This document shows positions 22,857 to 31,242 of a stretch of 64,000 nucleotides of DNA, piece after piece. The translations under genes and the position numbers were made by a program. Source of the stretch: a virus; the IMG/VR virus record IMGVR_UViG_3300025000_001646, positions 20,487 through 84,486 of that record; one strand, written 5' to 3'. Positions within the stretch are counted from its first letter, which is position 1; every line of letters starts with the position of its first letter. The notes under the pieces were generated by a model that had not been told where the DNA came from, searched no databases, and saw nothing but the letters and a program-made list of their open reading frames with translations.

Positions 22857-23357
22857 ATGCAAGAATTAGATCAAATTAAAAAAGCCTTTGATACTTTTAT
22901 TTCACAGGCAGAAACCTTTGTTGAGAAACAGAAAGTCAAGGAAGAATATAAAAGATGGAGAGGGAAGGAAGGAGAAGAGTATTTTTGTATAGATGACAAT
23001 GGAGATATTTATGACGATAATGATTTTAATAATAAAGAAGATAATTTTAGATACAACACTGGTAACTACTTCCAAACAGAAAAAGAAGCAGAACAATACC
23101 GTGATAGACTACTGGCTACTACTAAAGTAAATGATAGGATAGATGAACTGAACGAAGATTGGAAGCCTGATTGGAATACTTATGAACAATGCAAATATTT
23201 AATCGTATATTCTATATAAAATGGTGTTTTTGTTTATGATTATACTTTTAGGATTAAAAATGATTTGAAATTAAATTATATGAAATCGTAAGAAGTAGCA
23301 TACCGAATCATCAAAGAACTAGAACCAGAATTAAAAATAATTTTTAATATTGTTTAG
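22857..23357 (+). pseudogene. Phage protein whose C-terminal part is interrupted by two in-frame TAA
   Basis: Frame continues past TAA 23217 and TAA 23289 as plausible protein to TAG 23355-23357, 2 nt before next ATG. Confidence 0.5.
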
Positions 23358-23359
23358 AT

Positions 23360-23644
23360 ATGACTGAAAAATTAAAAGACAAAATATTTACAGTATCAAT
23401 GATATTATTAATTGTATTTCTATTTTCTTTATTGATATTTATTTGGTCTGGACAAGAATGTAAAATGGTATTAATTAAAGGAAAAATAGAATCAGTTTAT
23501 TATCAACCATCATCTTTCAGAACAGGAGAAAGTTGGAGCGGATTACTTAGAAAAGATGATGGAACTTTAGAAGAATTCTACAGTAATAAAATAGTACAAC
23601 CTGGTATGAATTTTGAATACGATAAAGAAGTTTGTATTTATTAA
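23360..23644 (+). CDS. Membrane-anchored hypothetical protein
   Basis: N-terminal TM helix. Confidence 0.55.
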   Translation: MTEKLKDKIFTVSMILLIVFLFSLLIFIWSGQECKMVLIKGKIESVYYQPSSFRTGESWSGLLRKDDGTLEEFYSNKIVQPGMNFEYDKEVCIY

Positions 23645-23723
23645 CATATGAGCGACAAACTTTTTAGTCAATCATATTTAATAAAATATGAGAGACAAAA
23701 TATTACTTAACATTAATTAACTT

Positions 23724-24002
23724 ATGGTAAATAAATTGACTAAAAGAGAAAGAGAATTATTTGATTTATTACAAGAATTCCCATTAATTACTACCAAAGA
23801 ATTACAAAATAAAATGAAAGTAGGAAAGAGTTTTATTTCTCAATATATAGATAGACTTAAAAAGAAAGGATATATCTTGAACAATATGTCAATATCTAAA
23901 AAAATTAATAAAACTAATTTAACAGAAATAATAAAGATAATAGAAAAGAATAATAGGAAATTAATCAGAGAATTACAATCATTATCATTTAACTTTATTT
24001 AA
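23724..24002 (+). CDS. Winged-helix DNA-binding protein
   Basis: LTKRERELFDLL...ITTKELQNKM...ISQYIDRLKKKGYI. Confidence 0.7.
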   Translation: MVNKLTKRERELFDLLQEFPLITTKELQNKMKVGKSFISQYIDRLKKKGYILNNMSISKKINKTNLTEIIKIIEKNNRKLIRELQSLSFNFI

Positions 24003-24005
24003 CTT

Positions 24006-24353
24006 ATGAGAAAACCAGTACAAAAAAATAACTGGATGTTATTAGTAACATTAGCTACCATAGTTATCCTATGTGTATTCATGTTAGTCAGGAGTGGAGT
24101 AGCCTTATCCAAAATTAAGATGTTTCAAGAAGAGCAAAAGAAGGCAGAACAGATTAAGAACTTGAGTAATGAGAAGATCAGTTATCTTACAGAGATCAAA
24201 GATTTAATCGAAGAGAAGAAAGTGATACAAGAGAAACTATCGGCAGTAGAGAAGCGTATTGAGACACACGATAAGAAGATCAAGGAATTGGAGACCAAGA
24301 TCAATACGATCATCGGAATACCTACTCAAGTAGATCAGGTATCAAAAATCTAG
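24006..24353 (+). CDS. TM + coiled-coil protein
   Basis: Hydrophobic N-terminus then heptad repeats. Confidence 0.6.
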   Translation: MRKPVQKNNWMLLVTLATIVILCVFMLVRSGVALSKIKMFQEEQKKAEQIKNLSNEKISYLTEIKDLIEEKKVIQEKLSAVEKRIETHDKKIKELETKINTIIGIPTQVDQVSKI

Positions 24354-24850
24354 TGCTATCGTCGAAAGACCTAGTCGGTAGCACAATTAAAAAGGAGGAG
24401 GCAACTGAAAAAAAACCATACAAGATTGGAGCAAGCGATAAACAAAACGAATATTTGCATTATGCTTGGATGATAAGCAAGAACGAAGATTTTATTTACA
24501 CATTGCTAGCCGAGAATGGACAAGTAAATCATGACAGAAAACATACAGTTTCTTATTGGAGGTGTCACTCTTGGAAAAATGGAGTAACTATAAAAGGAAA
24601 ATGGTATGGAAATGTTATAGACAAATCTTATTGTCAATTACCAGAACCAAAAGGATATTGGAGATTAGGAAACGACTGGGGATTTTGTGGTACATCTGAT
24701 TCATATCAACCTATAGTAAGATACGATGATAGATTTATGAAAGATCCTGGTTGGCAACTAGATCAGTGTTGGAATTTCTTTAGAAACGGAACTAGAATTT
24801 ATGGTAAAGATAAGATAAATGAAACAAAGAATCAAGTGGTATGGAAATAA
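24353..24850 (+). CDS. Possible lysozyme/transglycosylase-fold protein
   Basis: TLLAENG (candidate catalytic Glu), NDWGFC, DPGWQLDQC. Confidence 0.4.
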   Translation: MLSSKDLVGSTIKKEEATEKKPYKIGASDKQNEYLHYAWMISKNEDFIYTLLAENGQVNHDRKHTVSYWRCHSWKNGVTIKGKWYGNVIDKSYCQLPEPKGYWRLGNDWGFCGTSDSYQPIVRYDDRFMKDPGWQLDQCWNFFRNGTRIYGKDKINETKNQVVWK

Positions 24851-24870
24851 TATTTAACCTTATTTAATTT

Positions 24871-25236
24871 ATGACAAAAAAAATAACATTATCAGAAATA
24901 TTTTTCTGTACAATGTTCATATTAATTTTAGTTTTTAGTGGATATTCTGCTATAAAACTATCAAAACAAAAAACTGTTTGTAATTATGACTATTCTACAA
25001 AAGATTATAAAAATAACTATGAAAGAAGAATAGGAAAAATAAACAAAGTAAATAATGGAACAGTTGAAGTTATTCTTATGGATAGTTCTCTTCAAAGATT
25101 CTATACACCATATTACTGGACAAAAGAAGATGATAATTATATTAAAAAATTTGAAGGAAAACTAGTTGAATTTTCTTATATAAGATTGGGAGATTTTAAT
25201 TTTGAAATATCTCAAATAGAAGAAGTCATTATTTAA
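24871..25236 (+). CDS. Membrane-anchored hypothetical protein
   Basis: N-terminal TM helix. Confidence 0.55.
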   Translation: MTKKITLSEIFFCTMFILILVFSGYSAIKLSKQKTVCNYDYSTKDYKNNYERRIGKINKVNNGTVEVILMDSSLQRFYTPYYWTKEDDNYIKKFEGKLVEFSYIRLGDFNFEISQIEEVII

Positions 25237-25574
25237 CCTTATTTAATTATGAAAACTCAAGAAATTATTACAGCTATTGCCACCCTAGCTATAGTTACTT
25301 TCGTTGGTGGTGTGTGTGTTATTATAGCACTTATAGCTTGTGGATTATCAATAACATTTTACTAATAATATTTTATTTTTATGACTGATTTTGACCTTGT
25401 AGAACAAATCGTAGCAATTTTTTATGAATATTATAGTAAAAGCACTGAATTAGAAAGAAAAAAACAACTAAACAACGCTTACGACGAAGCAAGAGAAATA
25501 TTGAAAGAATATATAGAACAAGAAAAATATAAATGGGAACAAAAAAATTTTAAAAAATAACCTTATTTTATTTT

Positions 25575-25859
25575 ATGGAAATCGAAACTGTAAAAAACAA
25601 TGTTAAAAAAATACTATCAAAATACAAAGAAACAAGAAATGATGATGGAAAATTACTAGATAATTACTATAATGAATATTTTATTAATTATTTTGATGAA
25701 AGAATTGAGAATTATAATAACAAATGCTCAATTGAAACTATTATTAGAATGAGAAGATTTTGGCAATCGAGAGGGGAATATTTACCTACACTTAAAACAA
25801 TAATGAGAAGAAGAAGGCTTGCCAATAAATTCAAACTTTATTTTAGAAAACTTAAATAG
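25575..25859 (+). CDS. Hypothetical phage protein
   Basis: ETRNDD...SIETIIRMRRFWQ..GEYLPT. Confidence 0.6.
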   Translation: MEIETVKNNVKKILSKYKETRNDDGKLLDNYYNEYFINYFDERIENYNNKCSIETIIRMRRFWQSRGEYLPTLKTIMRRRRLANKFKLYFRKLK

Positions 25860-25863
25860 ATTT

Positions 25864-25923
25864 TATGGCTTGAATTAGATTGAGTTATCTTAGATTATAT
25901 TAATTTCTATTAAATTACTTTTA
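25864..25923 (+). repeat. 5-nt periodic array 1 (NTT-NN)
   Basis: TATGG CTTGA ATTAG ATTGA GTTAT CTTAG ATTAT ATTAA TTTCT ATTAA ATTAC TTTTA. Confidence 0.8.
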
Positions 25924-25945
25924 TTATTTTATTTTTATTTATTTT

Positions 25946-26488
25946 ATGAAATACAATTTTACTATTAAATTTACATCTCAATACTTACAGGCTAGATTTT
26001 CAGATGAAGCAAAGGAAGGTTTATTGGAAAATGCTAGAAAAACAGTTATTAAAGACGTAAAAGATGAAGATGAGATGTGGTTAAGATTTTCTTATTTTGA
26101 CAAAAATGGTTATTATATACCTGGAGAACAAATATATATGGCTTTAGTTTATTCTGGAAAAGATTTTAAAATGAAATCAAGCAGATGCAATATTTCAAAT
26201 TATATTAAAGCAAATCTTATTGTTAGCGAATTTAATTATTTAGGAAAGAAAAAACCAGATGAATTAATTGTTTCCTATGTAAAAAGAAAGGATGGTAGTA
26301 GAGTAAAGGTTATTCACCCATCTTTTAAACAAGGAACAGAATGTGATTTTGAAATTGATTTTATTGATGATTATCCAGAAAAAGAACTTAAACTACTTAT
26401 AGAAAATGCAGGAAAAAGATGTGGAATAGGAGCAAGAAGACCAAGATTTGGAAGATTTGAAGTTACAAGTTTTAAAAAAGCAAAATAA
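25946..26488 (+). CDS. Stand-alone Cas7/RAMP-like RNA-binding protein
   Basis: N-terminal strand YNFTIKFTSQYLQ, YYIPGEQI (cf. RAMP IPGSS), C-terminal Gly-rich loop AGKRCGIGARRPRFGRFEV. Confidence 0.7.
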   Translation: MKYNFTIKFTSQYLQARFSDEAKEGLLENARKTVIKDVKDEDEMWLRFSYFDKNGYYIPGEQIYMALVYSGKDFKMKSSRCNISNYIKANLIVSEFNYLGKKKPDELIVSYVKRKDGSRVKVIHPSFKQGTECDFEIDFIDDYPEKELKLLIENAGKRCGIGARRPRFGRFEVTSFKKAK

Positions 26489-26548
26489 ATTGGTTTACAT
26501 TTGATTAAATTAGATTAAATTCCCTTAAATTAAATTTAGTTGAATTTA
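26489..26548 (+). repeat. 5-nt periodic array 2 (NTT-NN)
   Basis: ATTGG TTTAC ATTTG ATTAA ATTAG ATTAA ATTCC CTTAA ATTAA ATTTA GTTGA ATTTA (12 units). Confidence 0.85.
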
Positions 26549-26550
26549 CA

Positions 26551-26590
26551 CTAGCTAGATTATGTCTAGCTAGATGTGAGTTTGACTCAC
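26551..26590 (+). other. Hairpins separating arrays 2 and 3
   Basis: CTAGCTAGA-TTATG-TCTAGCTAG and GTGAG-TTTGA-CTCAC. Confidence 0.75.
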
Positions 26591-26596
26591 TAATTT

Positions 26597-26666
26597 ATTG
26601 GATTAAATTTAATTATATTTCGTTAGATTGATTTTGATTATTTTATATTAAATTAAATTAAATTTG
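26597..26666 (+). repeat. 5-nt periodic array 3 (NTT-NN)
   Basis: ATTGG ATTAA ATTTA ATTAT ATTTC GTTAG ATTGA TTTTG ATTAT TTTAT ATTAA ATTAA ATTAA ATTTG (14 units). Confidence 0.85.
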
Positions 26667-26720
26667 TATTTTTTTATAAAAAAGGTATATAATATTAATA
26701 GACAATAACTTTTAAAAAAT

Positions 26721-26912
26721 ATGAAAATCAAAGTAAAGAATAAATTTCGTTCTTGATATATACCTATTCACGCTTGACAGACTTTTGATAATGTTAGAGA
26801 AAATAAATGAAAATATTTTATTAATACAAAATATTATGATTCAAATTATAAAGATTATAAAGAAAAAACAATTACCTATCTAAAAGAGGAAATTATAATA
26901 TTAGAGGATTAG
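26721..26912 (+). CDS. Small hypothetical protein with 3 in-frame TGA inside the early block
   Basis: 63 aa ORF after promoter TTGTAT-18-TATAAT (26664-26693); open only with TGA=Gly. Confidence 0.55.
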
Positions 26913-26971
26913 GTTTCAGACTTGGAAAGCCCAAATTTACATATATTATAAATTTTAACTTTCACTATTTT

Positions 26972-27202
26972 ATGAAAGGACTAAAAGAGGAAATTTTACA
27001 ACTTAAGAAGGAGAAAAATTCATTGTTGAAAGACAACAAGAATTTGACTAAGATTAATGATGGACTTCTTGAAGAAAACGAAAAATTAGCTAATATTGGA
27101 GCAGACTTGTATAAGAAGTATAAGAAGGTTTGCTCACAGATAGCAACTATGTTAAACGAAAAAAGATGGGGTAAAAAAGTTGCTGTAAAAAAGAAGAAAT
27201 AA
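26972..27202 (+). CDS. Coiled-coil hypothetical protein
   Basis: 76 aa ORF, TAACTTT leader. Confidence 0.55.
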   Translation: MKGLKEEILQLKKEKNSLLKDNKNLTKINDGLLEENEKLANIGADLYKKYKKVCSQIATMLNEKRWGKKVAVKKKK

Positions 27203-27239
27203 AATTATTAGACTGGTTTAAACGAACCAGTCTATTTAT

Positions 27240-27305
27240 GTCGCCTACTCGAGCGTATTATTTAATTAATAATATGAGTCTGGAAAAACCAGACGGGCGA
27301 CTCCA
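27240..27305 (+). ncRNA. Minimal tRNA-like RNA with CCA end, nearly no D arm
   Basis: Acceptor GTCGCCT/GGGCGAC + T + CCA; T-like arm GTCTG-GAAAAAC-CAGAC; A/T hairpin TATTATT/AATAATA. Confidence 0.5.
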
Positions 27306-27306
27306 A

Positions 27307-27373
27307 CGAGAAGTAGTTTAAGGAAAACATTAGCTACAAGCTAATAATCTAGGGTCGATACCTAGCTTCTCGA
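27307..27373 (+). tRNA. Degenerate short tRNA-like gene (loop CT-ACA-AG)
   Basis: Acceptor CGAGAAG/CTTCTCG, D arm GTTT/AAAC, ATTAG/CTAAT, T arm CTAGG-GTCGATA-CCTAG; no encoded CCA. Confidence 0.5.
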
Positions 27374-27399
27374 AAAAATCTTAATTAAAGGAGTTTAAC

Positions 27400-28206
27400 A
27401 TGAAGGAAAACAAGAAATTAGAATTAGTAAAGCAATTTTCTGAAAAAGAATTGGCTACTATTATTCAAAAACAAACTCAGAGAATAGAATCAGTTTACCA
27501 GCCAAAAGCTACTAAGAAGAAATTTAAGGTTGCTATTGTGTCTGATACACATCTAGGATCAAAAGTTTGTAAACTTGAATATCTCAATGATGCTTATGAC
27601 ATAATTGAGAAAGAACATATTAAGACGGTGTTACACGGAGGAGATAATTTTGACGGAAATGGATTTGTGTATAAGGGGCATATCTATGAATTGTCTATCA
27701 TAGGTTTTGACAATCAGTTAAAATTTGGAGTAGAAAATTACCCAAAAAGAAAAGGTGTTAAAACTTATATGATTGCAGGAAACCATTGCTGTAGCTGGAA
27801 AGACGCAGATATTGTTCAAGCCTTTGCAAAAGAAAGAAGCGATATTGTTTATTTAGGTCAGTATTTGGCAGATGTAGTATTGAATGGTGTTAAATTTAGA
27901 TTAATTCATCCCATCAAATCTTCGGCATATGCTTTGACATATTTTTGCCAGAAGGAACTCGAAGCTATACCAAGTGGAGAAAAACCACAAGTATATATTC
28001 GAGCGCATAGTCACACTGCCTATTCTTTCTTCTACAGAAACATCTATGCTTTCGGAGCAGGTTCATTTCAAGGAGCTACAGATCTTACTAATAGACTTGG
28101 TATTAATGTAGTCAATGGTTTCTGGATATTAGATATTGAAGTCAATGATGATGAATTGAACTCAATCAAGACTTTATCTTCTAAATTTATCCCGTATTAC
28201 AATTAA
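27400..28206 (+). CDS. Calcineurin-like metallophosphoesterase
   Basis: SDTHLGS, HGGDNFDG, AGNH, AHSH; AAGGAG Shine-Dalgarno. Confidence 0.85.
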   Translation: MKENKKLELVKQFSEKELATIIQKQTQRIESVYQPKATKKKFKVAIVSDTHLGSKVCKLEYLNDAYDIIEKEHIKTVLHGGDNFDGNGFVYKGHIYELSIIGFDNQLKFGVENYPKRKGVKTYMIAGNHCCSWKDADIVQAFAKERSDIVYLGQYLADVVLNGVKFRLIHPIKSSAYALTYFCQKELEAIPSGEKPQVYIRAHSHTAYSFFYRNIYAFGAGSFQGATDLTNRLGINVVNGFWILDIEVNDDELNSIKTLSSKFIPYYN

Positions 28207-28423
28207 GGAGGTAATATGAAATTAATTATCGAATGTTCATGTTGTGGAAAAGAAGTTACAATTAATGTGCAAGGCAGTGAGAGCATGAGAGAGATGACAG
28301 AGAAAGCCATATTTTGTCACTGTAAAATTAGAAAAATTAAGGAGGCAAGGAAATAAAATTATTTTAAAAAATGAATAAAAACTAGAATAATAATTCTAGC
28401 AATTGTAATCAAGGAGGAAAAAA

Positions 28424-28747
28424 ATGAAAAAAATTTTATTATTGATTGTATTGTTTTTAACAATTAGCTGTTTAAGTACTTCCGTTGTTAATATTACAAT
28501 GGATGGGAAAATGGTATATTTTTCTTCAAATAAGCCAGAATGGATTAACAAAGAAGGAATTATAAAAGAAACAAAAGATTTTAAACTTATTTGTTATAAA
28601 GATTCTGGTGATACTGTTGAAGAAGCAATTCTTAAAATACAGGAAAGAATAAAAGAAAAAGGTTATATTTACAATGTTATTGTTTTATATAACAAAAAAT
28701 ATACTGTTTATATGTTATTTATTGAATTAAAAGGGAGGTTAATATGA
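28424..28747 (+). CDS. Putative lipoprotein/secreted protein
   Basis: MKKILLLIVLFLTISC signal peptide; AGGAGG SD. Confidence 0.55.
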   Translation: MKKILLLIVLFLTISCLSTSVVNITMDGKMVYFSSNKPEWINKEGIIKETKDFKLICYKDSGDTVEEAILKIQERIKEKGYIYNVIVLYNKKYTVYMLFIELKGRLI

Positions 28748-29082
28748 AAAAGGTTTATGTTTGTTCTCCTTATCGAAGTAATATTGAACTTAATACAAAA
28801 AGAGCTAAACAATATGGAAGAGCTATAATATTTGAAGGAAAAATACCAGTAATACCACATTTACTTTATACACAATTTTTAGATGATGAAAAAGACATTG
28901 AAAGAATAATTGGACTTAATATAGCTATTCATCTTATGCTTGAATGTGATGAGATTTATGTTTTTTCTGAAAATAATTACATTTCTGATGGAATGAAAGA
29001 AGAAATAAAAGTATGGTTTAAGGAGAAAAATATAAAACCAATTACAATTCTTCCATATAACTGGGGGGAAAAATATGGATAA
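28744..29082 (+). CDS. DUF4406 / nucleoside deoxyribosyltransferase-like protein
   Basis: VYVCSPY, PVIPHLLYTQFLDD, CDEIYVF, SDGMKEE. Confidence 0.75.
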   Translation: MKKVYVCSPYRSNIELNTKRAKQYGRAIIFEGKIPVIPHLLYTQFLDDEKDIERIIGLNIAIHLMLECDEIYVFSENNYISDGMKEEIKVWFKEKNIKPITILPYNWGEKYG

Positions 29083-29115
29083 ATAAAATTAAAATTATTT
29101 TATGGAGGTGATGAT

Positions 29116-29487
29116 ATGGATTCAAAAATAGATTATAATTCTTTTTTTAGCACTTATATCAGAATGCAAGCAGAGCTTTACAACCATATTAAATTTTTCG
29201 ATGGTAATACTCTTATAACAAGACATTTGGCAATAACTGGAATGTTTGCAGAAGTTTACTCTTGGTTAGCAGAAACTGGAATAGGTCAAGCTTGCTATAT
29301 TATTATAGAACTTGCCAAAGATAAAGAATTTGTAAAAATGATTGACGAAGAAAAATGGAAAATTTCGGAAAAAGAAAACCACGATATTTACCCCAACGAA
29401 ATGGATAAACTTTCTAAGCCAATAAAAGAATATGTAAAAATAAAATATAAAAAATATTTCAAAGATAAAAAATCTATTGAAATATAA
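29116..29487 (+). CDS. Hypothetical protein
   Basis: GGAGGTG SD, 123 aa. Confidence 0.55.
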   Translation: MDSKIDYNSFFSTYIRMQAELYNHIKFFDGNTLITRHLAITGMFAEVYSWLAETGIGQACYIIIELAKDKEFVKMIDEEKWKISEKENHDIYPNEMDKLSKPIKEYVKIKYKKYFKDKKSIEI

Positions 29488-29490
29488 TTA

Positions 29491-29520
29491 AAGGTCAATC
29501 TATCAAGATTGGCTTTTTTT
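29491..29520 (+). terminator. Rho-independent terminator
   Basis: GGTCAATC-TATCAA-GATTGGCT followed by T run. Confidence 0.6.
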
Positions 29521-29643
29521 ATACACAAAAACCCCCAAATGGAGGTTCCTGTGCTATTTTATGAAAAACACTAAAAAATTATAATCTATATAAAATTAAA
29601 AGTAAAATTTTATAAAAAAATAACAAGAAAATAACAAAAAAAC

Positions 29644-29672
29644 TTGATTTTTATAAAAAAAAAGAGTATAAT
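29644..29672 (+). promoter_or_regulatory. Early promoter (family A)
   Basis: TTGATT-17bp-TATAAT. Confidence 0.8.
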
Positions 29673-29703
29673 TAAAATATATTATTTAATTTAAACTATT
29701 TTT

Positions 29704-30315
29704 ATGGAAAACAATTATTATGAGAATCTATCAAAAGTAGATGTCTCTGGATTGCTTGAAAAGAAAAGCAATCTTTCTTATCTTTCTTGGGCCCATGCAA
29801 TAGATCAAGTTCTTAAGAGGTATCCAGACATGATTTATGAGATTATTAAGTATGACGGAAAACCATATTATATGGATGAGACAGGAGCAATGGTTTATAC
29901 TAAAGTTACTATCGAAGGAGTAACTAGAGAAATGTGGCTTCCTGTTATGGACGGAGCTAATAAGACAATGAAAAAAGAAGCCTATACATATAAGACTAAA
30001 TTTGGTGATAAACAAGTAGAGGCAATCTCAATGTTTGACGTAAATAAGACAATAATGAGATGTTTAGTTAAAAACTTAGCAATGTTTGGTCTAGGAATAA
30101 GTGTTTATGCTGGGGAAGATTTACCACTTATAGACGAGACAGAAAAAACCATTGAAGAAAAAGCAATAAATACTTTTGGAAAACCATTTGATATAATGGT
30201 ACAAGAACAAAATAAAGAATTACACGGAAAATGCCCAAAATGTGGGGCTTCTATGATTAAGAGTAAAACAACAGGAAACGTATTTTGTCAAGATAGGTGT
30301 TGGTCGAAAAAATAA
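29704..30315 (+). CDS. Sak3/DUF1071 single-strand annealing protein with C-terminal Zn ribbon
   Basis: LSYLSWAHA, MWLPVMD, NKTIMRCLVKNLAMFGLG..YAGEDLP; CPKCG. Confidence 0.85.
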   Translation: MENNYYENLSKVDVSGLLEKKSNLSYLSWAHAIDQVLKRYPDMIYEIIKYDGKPYYMDETGAMVYTKVTIEGVTREMWLPVMDGANKTMKKEAYTYKTKFGDKQVEAISMFDVNKTIMRCLVKNLAMFGLGISVYAGEDLPLIDETEKTIEEKAINTFGKPFDIMVQEQNKELHGKCPKCGASMIKSKTTGNVFCQDRCWSKK

Positions 30316-30326
30316 TCTTACTTTTT

Positions 30327-30875
30327 ATGAATAAAATTTCTCGTGATTTTTATGTCAAAAGGGGAGAAAGAGAAATGCTTTATCAGTTTACTACCAACTC
30401 AGACATTTTTAATTGTAAAAAACCAATCTATAAAATGTTAAAAGAAATATTTATAAAAGGTATTCCAGAAGAAGTAATAGGATATCAATCTATAAGTGAA
30501 GGAGAATTATTGAATATTAACAAGGAAAGAGAAGAGAAAGGATTTATTTGTCTAGCTGACAATTATGAAAATAGAGGTAATAAACAACACGAATTTGTGC
30601 AGAATAACTTTATAGAACAAGACGACTACTTATTAGGAATAGAAGTGCCAGTATGGTCTCATAAACTTAAAATTTTTGGACATATAGACATTTTAAGATT
30701 AGTAGATAATAAAATACAGATACTTGATTTCAAGCCTAAAGCACACCAAGAAAAAAAAGCTCCTAGTCAAGTATTCAGATATGGAGTTTGCATTGCTGAA
30801 ATGATTGGTTGTAGTATTAAAGATTTAGAAATGTATTATTTTGATGATAAAAACTGTTTTAAAATTTTACTTTAA
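30327..30875 (+). CDS. PD-(D/E)XK nuclease-family protein
   Basis: IEVPVW, GHIDIL, ILDFKP, QVFRY. Confidence 0.75.
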   Translation: MNKISRDFYVKRGEREMLYQFTTNSDIFNCKKPIYKMLKEIFIKGIPEEVIGYQSISEGELLNINKEREEKGFICLADNYENRGNKQHEFVQNNFIEQDDYLLGIEVPVWSHKLKIFGHIDILRLVDNKIQILDFKPKAHQEKKAPSQVFRYGVCIAEMIGCSIKDLEMYYFDDKNCFKILL

Positions 30876-31242
30876 CTTATTTTATGAATAATCTTGAAGA
30901 ATTAATTGATTTATGTGGATAGAATTTCAAGATGAATTTATTAATATAAGTAAGTTTTCTTGTATATTTAAAAAAGAAAAAACTTAATGAATTTTTCGAT
31001 GAATTTATTATTTACCATTATTGGAACAGAAAATTAGAAGAAAAATTAGAAAAAAAACAAAAAATGACTAAAGAAGAAATACAAAAAATGAAAGACCCTA
31101 TTTTATTTGGAATGATTAAAGAATCTAATAGACTTTATTTTATAGATGATTGGGAAGATGAATATTGTGATTTAACTTTTGATGAAATAATAGATGTAAT
31201 TGGAGAAAATAAACTTACTAAAAATATTAACCTTAATTAATT

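Noticed and set aside
25864-26666. Canonical CRISPR array
   Set aside because: No 25-40 nt direct repeats with spacers; the periodicity is 5 nt.
26597-26666. Array 3 variable dinucleotides targeting the phage's own early promoter
   Set aside because: By eye only the low-complexity AT-AA-AA-AA part matches; not significant without a computed search.
27256-27274. Ochre (TTA) suppressor anticodon in the first tRNA-like element, which would explain the TAA-interrupted gene
   Set aside because: No register gives a 5-bp stem with a 7-nt loop centred on TTA, and TAA is the main stop genome-wide.
30884-31240. Intact gene between the nuclease and ORF 31243
   Set aside because: Only fragments in different frames (KDPILFG...DDWEDEYCDLT lacks a proper start); probably a deletion scar.
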